From Octopus vulgaris (taxonomy: Eukaryota), in assembly GCA_951406725.2 (NCBI GenBank), contig OX597815.1, forward strand, positions 186,992,001 through 187,056,000: 64,000 nt of DNA, given 5' to 3'. Shown in pieces: positions 52,851-64,000 of this stretch. A program made the translations under genes and the position numbers. The number at the start of each line of letters is the position of its first letter. Within the stretch, counting starts at the first letter, position 1. The notes beneath the pieces are model-generated. The model had not been told where the DNA came from and did no database searches. It saw only the letters and a list, made by a program, of their open reading frames with translations.

Positions 52851-53510
52851 TATTGTGTTGAGTCAAAAGTTTTGCAATATTTTGGTATCTTATTTGCTTT
52901 ATTTATCAAGTTACAACAAAAGCTGCCTAGCAACCAAAGTAGGGCGGGGGGGACATCGTGTTGCACAGTCTGAAGCGACATTTCTGTCCGTTCTTTGATC
53001 CATCACTGATACCAGTTTTTATTCTTCGAGACAAAGAACTCCTTCACTGAGGCCTCCACCTCTTCTTGGTTGATGCAACATCACAAGAGCATGAAGTGAG
53101 CCATGGATCAGAAGAAAGTAATAATCCAAGGGAGGTTTTCTTTGCAGTCCTAAAACGCATTTCTGTCCGCTCTTTGATCCATCACTGAAACCAGTTCTTG
53201 TCCTTCAAGACAAAGAACTCCTTCACTGAGACCTCCACCTCTTCTTGGTTGATGCAACATCACAAGAGCATGAAATGAGCCATGGATCAGAAGAAAGTAA
53301 TAATCCAAGGGAGGTTTTCTTTGCAGCCCTAAAACACATTAGCAGGGGTTAGGAAAGGATCAGCTTCTGGGACCTGTCACCAAACATGGGCATTTCGAAC
53401 ACAAAGTGATGCTCTGCATCTGGTGGAATTACGAGGGGGAAATTCATTACAAATTCATTCCAGACAGTTAAATCATTGATGCCAACCTGTAATCTGAACA
53501 GCTGGAGTAA
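52851..53510. mobile_element. rearranged mariner transposase remnant
   Basis: Minus, twice: DYYF..SMAHF..NQEEVEASVKEFF.SK.KNW; plus 53365-53508: KVMLCIWWNYEG..HYKFIPD..IDANL*SEQLE. Confidence 0.85.
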
Positions 53511-53948
53511 AAGAAAGGAAATAGCAGAAAAATAGAAAGTAGGAGATTCATATTTATCCTTACGAAAAAGAGATGTGAATCCAGTTAGGTATTGACTATA
53601 ACTAAAGGCTATATATAACTGTTATTCAAAAATATAAGTAAAAGAGGTTTCAGAGACGTTCCCTCTATAGATGAATAAGGAGATTAGAAGTTTTAACTCC
53701 AAATAAGTCGCGTAGGGCAAAAATTGTATAGAAATGTCCAAACAGCTGTAAGAAGTGATTTTAATGATTTCAATAATTATATTATGATTTTTATAATTTG
53801 TATTCTTATATGTATTGAATTATAAGATATATATGTATGCTATTAAGGTTCTCATTTTGTTAAATGAATAAATAATCCAACATTCTAATATCCGAAAGTT
53901 AATGAACAAACTAAATTTGTTTCTCCATTTTCTTATTTGTATTATATA

Positions 53949-54336
53949 TCTTTATATATAAAAGTCAAGTTGTGTGTCTGTCTCCTACAATTTAGATTCC
54001 TAACTACTCCCACATTTTGCGGTGCAGTTTAAACAAAACCGGGTATCTTATAGTCATGATTCATATCGAGCCCTTCTGGGTAATTAGCGCGCGTCTACGA
54101 TAAGTCTACGATTTAAAAAAAAATTTACCATCATTTTTTTCCATTTTAATGCATTTTTTCGCTATTATATGAGGGAAGTAACTCTCTAAAAATGTCTACG
54201 ATGAGTCAACGATTTTTAAAAAAAATGACCATCATTTTTATTTCCATTTTTAATGCATTTTTTGCTATAACTCTCTAAAAATGCTTATATAGTTATTTCC
54301 CTTACAAACCCGAGCAACGCCAGGCGATACTGCTAG
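53949..54336 (+). mobile_element. non-autonomous Helitron copy 1
   Basis: 5' TC, 3' hairpin cccgagcaacgccagg then CTAG, inserted at A|T in (TA)n; internal ~90-bp duplication. Confidence 0.9.
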
Positions 54337-54830
54337 TATATATATATATATATATTGTATTGTATTGAAAGGTCTAGCCAGAATAATATGCGCTTACTTA
54401 AACTTGAGACTACAGATCAAAATAACCTCCATCCTACATCCACTTCGCAGCAGAATTATCAACTAAGAAATCTACTATAATTATACTATAATTATATATA
54501 AAACTCACCATTCTTTATCCTTATTCTCGTTACCAATGTATCCCTATGTTTTCACAGAAACGATCGTAAATGTACTATTGCTACCAATTTTCTTTATTAA
54601 TTAATTAAATTAATGGCTTACTAGCGCAAACGACCAACTTCTTCCTGTTATTTTTCCTCCATTTTCTTCTTGCATATAATTTAAACTATGGTTTACCCGC
54701 TGAATTATTACCTGCTACCATATACCTTTTACCAAGGACTGTACTTATGCAGGTAATCACCAGGAGCGCCTTTGGATTTAACCATCCCTTAGAGGTTTTA
54801 AACACCTCTAACATATATATATATATATAT

Positions 54831-55113
54831 ATCAGTAAATGTAATATGTGACAATTATTCGGTAGCCATGATAAAACTCCGAGTTTCGGATGCTGAGGTG
54901 GAAATCCATGCCACCATCTCTTCAATTATCCGGCCATCGGAAAAATGCTATGAAAAATCTTCGGAAAATGCTATGAAAATTTATGGTTTTTCATAGCATT
55001 TTTCCGATGGCCGGATAACTGAAGAGATAGCGGCGTGGATTTCCACCTCGGCATCCAAAACTCAGAGTTTTATCATAGCTACTGAATAACTGTCACATAT
55101 TACATTTACAGAT
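54831..55113. repeat. ~127-bp inverted repeat, each arm containing a hammerhead motif (Penelope-type inverted pLTR)
   Basis: Arms 54831-54957 and 54987-55113; hammerheads at 54870-54930 (-) and 55014-55074 (+). Confidence 0.88.
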
Positions 55114-55188
55114 AAATTCCTCTATTTACATAACATCGAGGTCTCTTTCTTTCTGTTGTCTTACCATTTTTATCAATATATATATATA

Positions 55189-55573
55189 TCTTTATATATA
55201 AAAGAGAATTTGTGTGTCTGTCTCCTACGATTTAGATTCCTAACTACTCCCACATTTTGCGGTGCAGTGTAACCAAAACCGGGTATCTTATAGTCGTGAT
55301 TCATATCGAGCCCTTCTGGGTATTAGCGCGCGTCTACGATGAGTCTACGATTAAAAAAAAGAAATTACCATCATTTTTTCCATTTTAATGCATTTTTTCG
55401 CTATTATATAAGGGAAGTAACTCTCTAAAAATGTCTACGATGAGTCAACGATTTAAAAAAAATTTACCATCATTTTTTTTCCATTTTTAATGCATTTTTT
55501 TGCTATAACTCTCTAAAAATGCTTATATAGTTATTTCCTTTACAAACCTGAGCAACGCCGGGCGATACTGCTA

Positions 55574-55574
<1 letters not shown>
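55189..55574 (+). mobile_element. non-autonomous Helitron copy 2
   Basis: Close direct copy of 53949-54336 with TC...CTAG ends. Confidence 0.9.
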
Positions 55575-55620
<46 letters not shown>

Positions 55621-57044
55621 ATGGATGGATGGATAGATAGATATAGATATACACTACAGACTAACAAAAAAAATGTTCCTGTGGTCGGTATTGTACTTCA
55701 GGTAATACGAAATCAAAGTCTGTCCTTACAAATATGGATGATGTGTGTGTGTGTGGTATGACGAGTGTAATAATCTTGTCTTTTTAAAAAGATGAAATAA
55801 TCATCTACAGACATCCTGACACTAACAGGAAACTTTGAACAACAACTTTCATGGAGCAGGATAAAACTTTAACCAACATGTTGCTTGCTAGCACAAAGGA
55901 ATAAATACTCTATATTTTGAGATTTCTTCCACCACTTCCCAGCGAGAAAAGAAAAAGAAAAAAAAGATATGTTGTTAGCATTAACATTTCAAAAGAAGTT
56001 GTTTTGAAAGTTTTGCGAAATATTTATACTTCGTTTGTTGCTTCTAAGGAACATACAATGAAACAATGGCCTCTTGGTAAAAGTATGATTATAAAAAGAA
56101 GGTGGGGTGGTGGAGAGACAGAGAAAATAAGAAAATTATTTATCTAACGTTGTTAGATTGTAGTATCGTTTTCTGATGTTAAGGAAGAAGAGTAATTAAA
56201 TGCCTTGTTTGTATAAGCTAAGGACAAATCTTTAAATAGCTTTATCGTCTCAATATCATTACAGTTGGCTCAAAGAATTGCCGACATAATTCAAGTCGGT
56301 GAAGCTTCAATATCTGGAGCAAGAAAAATATTCAGACTTAAGAAAATATTTTTAAGTTGGTTAGTTGCAGCAGACCTTACAGTAATTATAGAGTATAAAA
56401 GGAGTGGTATTGTGTTGTAGAGAGATTAACAGCCGTCGACAGCTTAAAGCTGAAATATATATTTAAAAACAGGGTGTTTGATATACAAAACTATGGCTGC
56501 CAGTGAAGAAAGTAATTTAAGAAAACTAAAAAGAAAAAAAAAACACATCAGATTAAATAATTGTTAGTAATAGATTTTGTTGAGTTATTATAAAATTAAA
56601 AGCATTCTTTTAAGATTACTGAATTGTTTCTTTCATTTTATTAAAAAAAAAATCTCTGGATATTTTTTTTTTTTAATGTACCTAGAAAATTTAGTATGCC
56701 TCCCAGAGGGAAAAGGTAGTCTTATTTTGTGGCATGTTACTTTAATTCATTATTAAACGTGATCAGATCTCAAGTGTATTAAAAATTAAGTTTATTCCCG
56801 GAGTCTGAGCTCAGAAGCAAATTTTTCAACGTGGAAATATAAGTTTGTATTACTTGTGCTAAAATAGGCATTTAAAAAAAAGAAAAAGTTAACTCCAACT
56901 TAATTAGAATTAGCTTCTTTTTTTTTTCATTTTTGCACGTCAATTTTGTTTTTAATAATTATATTTATAACACGTATGGATATGATACATACATAACGCG
57001 CGACCACTTCAAAATACAAATCCCAAACCGAAGAAAACACAAAC

Positions 57045-57269
57045 ATGAGCCAAGAAAGAAAGGAAAAAGAAGAGAAAAATCAGCAATTCAACACCGGCCT
57101 TTTGGCTAAGATCAAAGTGCCTCAATTGATTGCACACCCAACGGAACTTACTGAAGGTAGCCAACATGCTTGCGGTATTGGCGCAGGTGATGGCGATGCT
57201 AAGGCGTTGGAAAAAAGAATTGTGTCCCCACTCCCACATATACGTAATTCAAAATATAAACAACAATAA
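57045..57269 (+). CDS. uncharacterised 74-aa protein (single ORF or first coding exon)
   Basis: acaaacATG start context, non-repetitive balanced protein, GC/CpG above flanks, AATAAA at 57265 and 57402; no family recognised. Confidence 0.55.
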   Translation: MSQERKEKEEKNQQFNTGLLAKIKVPQLIAHPTELTEGSQHACGIGAGDGDAKALEKRIVSPLPHIRNSKYKQQ

Positions 57270-57571
57270 ACCATAAAATGAATATTTATTTTTCGAAATG
57301 AAACAAAAGTAACAGTAAGATAGGAAATACTGTTTATTTTTGTATATTTCTACTTTATTTATATTTGAAAAGGTTGCAAGACGCAACGAAAATTTTAGGA
57401 AAATAAAAATAAGTAAATGAGTGGAAATTTTACCGGTGAGTGTGTTAAATTATAAGGCACAAAAAGAAAATGGCTCTCCCCAGACACAACAGAATATGCT
57501 TCAACACACGAACTCATATAAAGAATCTTGCAAACCAAATCCAAAAACGAAATATATTTGAAAAGTTATCT

Positions 57572-57974
57572 AGTGGTTGTGTGGTAAGTAGCTTGCTAAC
57601 CAACCACATGGTTCCGGGTTCAGTCCCACTGCGTGGCATCTTGGGCAAGTGTCTTCTGCTATAGCCCCGGGCCGACCAATGCCATGTGAGTGGATTCGGT
57701 AGACGGAAACTGAAAGAAGCCTGTCGTATATATGTATATATATATATAAGTGTGTGTGTATATGTTTGTGTGTCTGTGTTTGTCCCCCTAGCATTGCTTG
57801 ACAACCGATGCTGGTGTGTTTACGTCCCCGTCACTTAGCGGTTCGGCAAAAGAGACCGATAGAATAAGTACTGGGCTTACAAAGAATAAGTCCCGGGGCC
57901 GATTTGCTCGACTAAAGGCGGTGCTCCAGCATGGCCGCAGTCAAATGACTGAAACAAGTAAAAGAGTAAAGAGT
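57572..57974 (+). mobile_element. SINE family A
   Basis: Full-length match. Confidence 0.9.
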
Positions 57975-58356
57975 ACTTTTTTAATTGCAAAGTCTTTGGT
58001 CAGATCCTCAAAAGTTAATCTTATGTAACACATCTGCTTCTATACTTAGTAGAGAAAAGGCACCCCGAATATTATTTTAGCAAGTTTAAAGTGATTTTTG
58101 GGCCGTAAACCATTTAACATTATCTGTGGTGCCTCTCCTTGTCTTATTTTGCTTAATGGTTAACCAAGCGCTACACCTTTCACACTCCCCCCCCCTCACA
58201 ACCTTTGATTTGCAAATTAATCAAAAGCGTTAACTACCGTTGGCCATATCGGTTTCAAAGGAACTGGCAGTCTTTCTTCCAGAACAATCCAATCGTCAAA
58301 GAAATCTAGTCTTGGATATATCTTTGGAAGAGAGGATCTCATCTAGGTTAACTTGT

Positions 58357-58805
58357 CTAGGATATAAACTCCGACGTCTGGCAGCTGACTTGGCAGACAC
58401 CCATAAAATTATCAACCATCTTACAAACAATAACTCTGAGCACCTTTTCAAACTCCACCCGTCTAACACCCGTGGACATATTTACAAAATCAGAAAACAG
58501 CACAGCTCCCATGACTTTCGGAAACATTTTTTTCACGCTGAGAGTTGCTGAAGCATGGAACAAACTGCCGGCATCAGTTGTTAGTTGTCGGAGCGCTGCA
58601 TCCTTCAAAACTTCCATGCTTTCTGAGATTCGCCAACACTACACCTGATTTTCTCCCCTCCATACACATGCAAGCATGTACCTGACTCATACACTGTTCA
58701 CTTTCCAGACATTTGTACATTACTGCATATGCTTTATACGCACTTTCTGACAAGTTGTGGTGCACCTGAGCACTGTATACAATAATTTCATTATTATTAT
58801 AATTA
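58357..58805 (+). mobile_element. CR1/L2-type LINE 3' end
   Basis: KLRRLAADLADTHKII..SNTRGHIYKI..RKHFF / LRVAEAWNKLPASVV..ASFK, then an (ATT)n tail. Confidence 0.9.
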
Positions 58806-59056
58806 TGAATAGGATCCCAAGAGACTCATTCAAATATTACATTTCGGTAGCTTATAGTACAGTTGAATAACTTCAGCCAGTTGAGTCCGTGACCTGCTTT
58901 TTATTGCCAGTTGTAGCAGTCATAACCATTTACTTCTGAAAATCTTAAGCTTAATGTCCTCCTAAACAGTTACTAGAAACAATTCCAGTGTATCATTACC
59001 TGAAAATTATTACAGTCGAGCAGAGAGATGCGTCCAGAAATAGATATATTTTATTC

Positions 59057-59109
<53 letters not shown>

Positions 59110-60161
59110 TATCGTATCGTATCATATCATCATATTACATCCATCTCAAAGATAAATTCATGCTATTTCGCTGGTTATCTATTATCTACTGCCACATCTT
59201 TGCAGTGGAAAAATCTATTACAGATATGCCAAGTAATATTAAGCCGTAAACCATTGAGAAATAAAGAAAAGAAAAAGAGTAAATGTAGAAAGAACACAAG
59301 CACCTGATTCTAAGAGATTAGTTTTAATATTTTATTTATAAAACAATTTCTGTATTTATATAAATGTCTATAGCATATCGTCAAAGTTATGCATTATGCA
59401 GGATGGAGCTATCTAATTTAAATATCCATACTATAAATACAGTTCTCACTATTTAAGTCAGGTTTTTAAAAGCAATTTTTCAAACAAACGAGAATATTTT
59501 TGTTTTAGATTTTTTTCTTTTAATCTGAGGAATATGTAAGAGGAGGCTTTAGTGCAACAGGAAGCTAAACTACGGCAATTATAGGAAGAATATCGACATT
59601 TTGTGTCGTTTATATATAAATATCATATAACTGTTTCCTTCAGACATAAATTCAAAACTCTGCTAAATAGAACCATATTTCCGTTAGACATAACCGTTAA
59701 ATGATATGCCGACTTGGGTTTTTCAAAAATCCACCTCGTATAAGTTATCGAATTATTTGACAGGTTAATGACGCAAAAAAAAAAAGAAAAGAAAAAGAGT
59801 CTTGAAGGATAATGAGAGTTTCCTTAATCAATCAACACGAATGATATAATTTTAAGTTCCATTTCGTCGCAGAACGTAATTATAGAAATTTCCATGACAA
59901 AACCGAAAAAAACCACTTCCGCATACCAAAGTCACAAATTATATTTACTTTTTACGTAAGACTTGAAAAAAATTACACGAACGTAGTAGAATTGCTGTTT
60001 ATATTGAATTATGGCTGAGGAAGGGATGATTTGATGTAATTAATATTTTGTAGTTAATTACTCGTTATCTTTGTATTAATTAGTTCTTAATAATGGATTT
60101 ACTACCATTTCTATAAATATTTTAACACTGGTGTTACTGTTGCTGAATACGTCGTCGTTAT

Positions 60162-60855
60162 TGAAAATATTCATAAATATTTTCAGCTGTGTTCATTTTT
60201 ATCCATTAGACTCAATTCTCGTATATAAAACCTGGGAGTACATGAGTCAAAGGGCCTCTTGTCAGGGACCAAAATAGTGAAGGTAAATTACCAAATGAAA
60301 TAAAAATAATTATGAAAATATTCATAAGTATTTTCAGCTGTGTTCATTTTTATCCATTAATTCCCATATATAAAACCTGGGAGTACGTGAGTCAAAGGGC
60401 CTCCTGTCAGGGACTAAAAGAGTGGGGGTAAATTACCCACCAAATGAAATAAAAATTAAAATTTTGAGGCCAATTTTTTGCGGCTTGAAAGATACTTTTC
60501 ATAGGACTTCGATAATGTGTAGTTAACTTTTTTCTTCTCCAAACCTGGGAGTACGTGAGTCAAAGGGCCTCTTATCAGGGACCAAAAGAGTGAGGGTGAA
60601 TTACCAAATGAAATAAAAATAATTATTATGAAAATATTCATGAGTATTTTCAGCTGAGTTCATTTTTATCCATTAGACTCAATTAATAAAACCTGGGAGC
60701 ACGTGAGTGAAAGGGCCTCTTGTCAGGGACCAAAAGAGTGAGGGTAAATTACCCACCAAATGAAATTAAAATTTTGGGACCAATTTCTTGCGGCTTGAGA
60801 GAACCTTTTCATAGGACTTCAATAATGTGTAGTTAACTTTTTGCCTCTCCAAACC
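60162..60855. repeat. complex tandem repeat, four ~150-bp-scale units with higher-order structure
   Basis: Core aaacctgggagtacgtgagtcaaagggcctc..cagggaccaaaagagtga at ~60228, 60373, 60541 and 60689. Confidence 0.9.
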
Positions 60856-61579
60856 ACTTTCACAAGTTTGTCCAAAACGCACGTGCTTGTCTTCAGACTT
60901 TTAATTAGCCATTGTTTCATATATTCTGAGTAATAATATAAAGCTTTCTTCATAGGTCTCAAGACTCTGGTGGCTAAAAACAAAAATAGGGTATGTGTAT
61001 GACAAAAATGATGCATAGACTACAGGGAAAGTTGACTTATGCATCACAAGATTAACATCACAGGCAACGGGTTCCTAAAAATGGAGAGGTCTTATTACAT
61101 GACATTTTACAGCAGAAGTATTCAATGTTTTAGACGTCCTGGTGCAAGAACAAAGGAAACCATGTTTTAAAGTTGAAAATTAGGAAACATAGAAAGCGTT
61201 GCTTACCTTTTATATTGACTTCAGATTTTGGTTTAAGGTCAGTAATTTCCGGGGTGGCGTTAAGTCGATTACATCGACCTCAGTGTTCAACTGTTGCTTA
61301 TTTTAACGAGAATTGGAACTCAGAACACGAAGACGAAATGTTGCTAACGATTCACAGTTATGGATGACAAAATTGCGAATAACGCTCTTTTGAGGACCCA
61401 CAAAACATTAGTCAAGATCCTCAGTTGTAGGCAAACTGCGGCCCGTCGAACTTTTTGAATGAAAGTTAACTTGAGTTTTTCTTTCTTTTTTTTTTTTTTT
61501 TTAGTAGTGCGGCCGGGTTGATGATGAACCATGTCTCATGCAGCCTGTTTCTCGACAAAGGTTCCCATACTTGGTCTAA

Positions 61580-61810
61580 GGCGGCGATCTGGCAGAAACG
61601 TTAGCACGCCGGGCGAAATGCTTAGCGATATTTCGTCTGCCGTTACGTTCTGAGTTCAAATTCCGCCGAGGTCGACTTTGCCTTTTATCCTTTCGGGGTC
61701 GATAAATTAAGTACCAGTTACGCACTGAGGTCGAGGTAATCGACTTAATCCGTTTGTCTGTCCTTGTTTGTCCCCTCTGTGTTTAGCCCCTTGTGGGTAG
61801 TAAAGAAATA
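61580..61810 (+). mobile_element. SINE family B monomer with 17-bp TSD
   Basis: ttcccatacttggt(c/t)ta at 61562 and 61813. Confidence 0.92.
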
Positions 61811-61829
61811 GATTCCCATACTTGGTTTA

Positions 61830-62085
61830 GTGGAGGCGCGTGGCTTAGTGGTTAGGGTGTCAGCATCATGATTGTAAGATTGTGGTTTCGATTCCTGGAC
61901 CGGGCGACACGTTGTGTTCTTGAGCAAAACACTTCATTTCACGTTGCTCCAGTCCACTCAGCTGGCAAAAATGGGTAACGCTGCGATGGACTGGCGTCCT
62001 GTCCAGCTGGGGAACACATACGCCATTGAAACCAGGTAACCGGACCCATGAGCCTGGCTAGGCTTTAAAAGGGCGTATTTATTTT
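61830..62085 (+). mobile_element. tRNA-derived SINE family D
   Basis: ggaggcgcgtggcttagtggttaggg..ggtttcgattcc head; ctgcgatggactggcgtcctgtccag segment; TSD atacttggttta. Confidence 0.9.
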
Positions 62086-62126
62086 ATACTTGGTTTAAAT
62101 TTTTTGAAGCCCTAAATTATATATTT

Positions 62127-62270
62127 TAACCCTTTAAAATTCAGATTACTCTGTCAAATGTAATGCTTATATATTCACAATGTTTTCAATTTATCATACG
62201 TTATCTCATAGCTTTGAGATTTCAATGATGCGATTATATATTTTTAGGATGAGAGTGTAGGGTAGGTGTT
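62127..62270. mobile_element. partial TTAA MITE (36937 family, opposite orientation)
   Basis: ttaaccctttaaaattcagatta..tgtcaaatgtaa. Confidence 0.65.
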
Positions 62271-62274
62271 ATAT

Positions 62275-62632
62275 ATTTCTTTATTGCCCACAAGGAGCTA
62301 AACATAGAGGGGACAAAAAAGGACAGACAAACGGATTAAGTCGACCCCAGTGCGAAACTGGTACTTTATTTATAGAACCCCGAAAAGATGAAAGGCAAGG
62401 TCGACCTCGGCGGAATTTGAACTCAGAAGGTAGCGACGGGTGAAATACTGTGAAGCACTTCGCCCGGCGTGGTGAAAGAGTGCAGCGGGGTTCACCGCCC
62501 CTCCTCACCGGAGCCCCATGGAGCTCAGGTGTTTTTGCTCAATAAACGCTCACAATGCCCGGTCTGGGAATTGAAACAGCGTTGTTACGACAGCGAGTCC
62601 GCTGCCCTAACCACTGAGCCATTGCGCCTCCA
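62275..62632 (-). mobile_element. SINE B (62275-62470) joined to a tRNA-derived SINE 5' part (62470-62632)
   Basis: B core; minus head ggaggcgcaatggctcagtggttagggcagcgg. Confidence 0.8.
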
Positions 62633-63443
62633 CGTTTTACCACTAAGCCATATGCCCGTGGGCATCCCTAGTAATATATATATTCTTTGTGGTATATTGA
62701 AAATCTTTGCTTTATGCTGATTTTTTTTTCGTTCGTGTATTTTCATATTGCTATATAAATGTGTGATTATTCTAATATGTTAAAGTAACACTAGTTTACA
62801 ACGTTTGGTTTCAAAGCATATATTTTTTAGTTGACTTTCTCTTACGTAAGTTCATTATCATGACAGCCAGACTTTATTTTATTCACAATTTTATGTCACA
62901 ACTTGAACATTTTACAGCGCAATTATTGTTTTTCTATTCAAAACTACTGAATCTATGGTATTTATTCTCCATATATAAAGCGATATATAAGATAATATTG
63001 CACCAATATTACGGCTGTCGAGGGCATAAAAAGAAAATTTTCTCAACATTTTGAATCGTATTTGCTTTTTTAAAGCCAATAATCAACTGATAGCATAACT
63101 ATATGGGTGTCTCCTTCCCAACTTTGTTTCCTCATAACTTTCTGAAAAAAAATGATTATTTTCTCATGAAATTTTCTACAAATACATTTTAGATCCATGT
63201 AGATTATGATTATATCGGCTTTTTTTTTTCGACGCAAGTGAAGATTTTTTTTCAGCACAAACTCAATTTAACCATAATATACAATGCATGAAGAACGTTA
63301 GAATCTGTTGAAATTTTTGATAAACAGAATTTGATACTATTTAAGAAGAGTGGTCCCGTTGCGCGCACTCGCGTACTCGCGCAAGCTAGTCGTGACTAAT
63401 CGATCCTTACTTTGTGTATTATTTACTTTGTTTTAAAAAATTA

Positions 63444-64000
63444 GGATCTTTTCACTTCGACCGGCAGATTTCTAAAATAATTTCTTTGTAACTAAACACT
63501 TTTAAACTTCATATACTGGTTTAAGCTTCATTGATTGGTTGAAATTGCCGAAATGCAAGAAATTAAACAACAAATAGCTTACAAACTACAGAATTTTCTC
63601 AAGAAAGCCAAGAGAAAATGATGTTTTATGTAACACACTACTAGTATACGAAGTTTAAAAGTGTTTAGTTACAAATAAATTATTTTAAAAATCTGTCGGT
63701 CAAAGAAGGGGCGCATATACATGAGGGTGGGATCTTTTCCTTTTGAACGGCAGTTTTCAACACAATTTCTAGTTAACTAAACACTTTTAAACTTCGTATA
63801 CTGGTAGAATGTGTTTATAAAACATTTTTTTCTTGGCTTTATTGAGAAAATTTAATATGTTGTAACATATTTCCACTTTAAAATCGAGCTTTTCGGCAAT
63901 TTTAACCAATCAAGTACGTCCATTTGGAGTCAAAACATACCGTGCTGTATGAATATGTCCCTCAGAAACAGATTGGGTTTATTTACATTTGCGAAGAAAA
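63444..64000. mobile_element. long-TIR MITE (63444-63710) and an inverted second copy running off the window (63730-64000)
   Basis: ~70-bp TIR ..gaccggcagattt..taactaaacacttttaaacttc and its reverse complement at 63640-63705. Confidence 0.8.

Noticed and set aside
53655-54580. Further hammerhead-like fragments (atgaataaggag..ctccaaa..gcgta at ~53670; gaaacgatcgta at ~54557)
   Set aside because: Core or stem I incomplete; cannot be called without family consensus.
57470-57664. 64-aa ORF downstream of the small gene candidate
   Set aside because: The 3' half is a SINE A head; the 5' half at best weakly resembles a LINE RT fragment.
59538-59606. Coiled-coil-like peptide EEALVQQEAKLRQL*EEYRHFV
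   Set aside because: Short, contains a stop, no splice signals.

Overview
AT-rich, repeat-saturated animal genomic DNA. The SINE, microsatellite and Penelope content fits a cephalopod such as Octopus (inferred from repeat families, not verified). Nearly all long ORFs in the track are microsatellite or minisatellite artefacts. Recognisable content: many tRNA-derived SINEs (labelled here A, B, D), a decayed RTE-clade LINE (21305-26310) whose 3' tail matches the dispersed family C repeats, CR1/L2-like 3' ends, a Penelope (GIY-YIG) fragment, mariner remnants, non-autonomous Helitrons, and TTAA- and hAT-type MITEs. The most striking signal is a set of at least seven type I hammerhead-ribozyme-like motifs from several unrelated sequence families. 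They include copies with the compensatory U3-A8 core, an inverted pair, and a tRNA-headed element carrying a hammerhead half. The best host-gene candidate is a 74-aa single ORF at 57045-57269; a few isolated exon candidates are weak. SINE and LINE boundaries are approximate.
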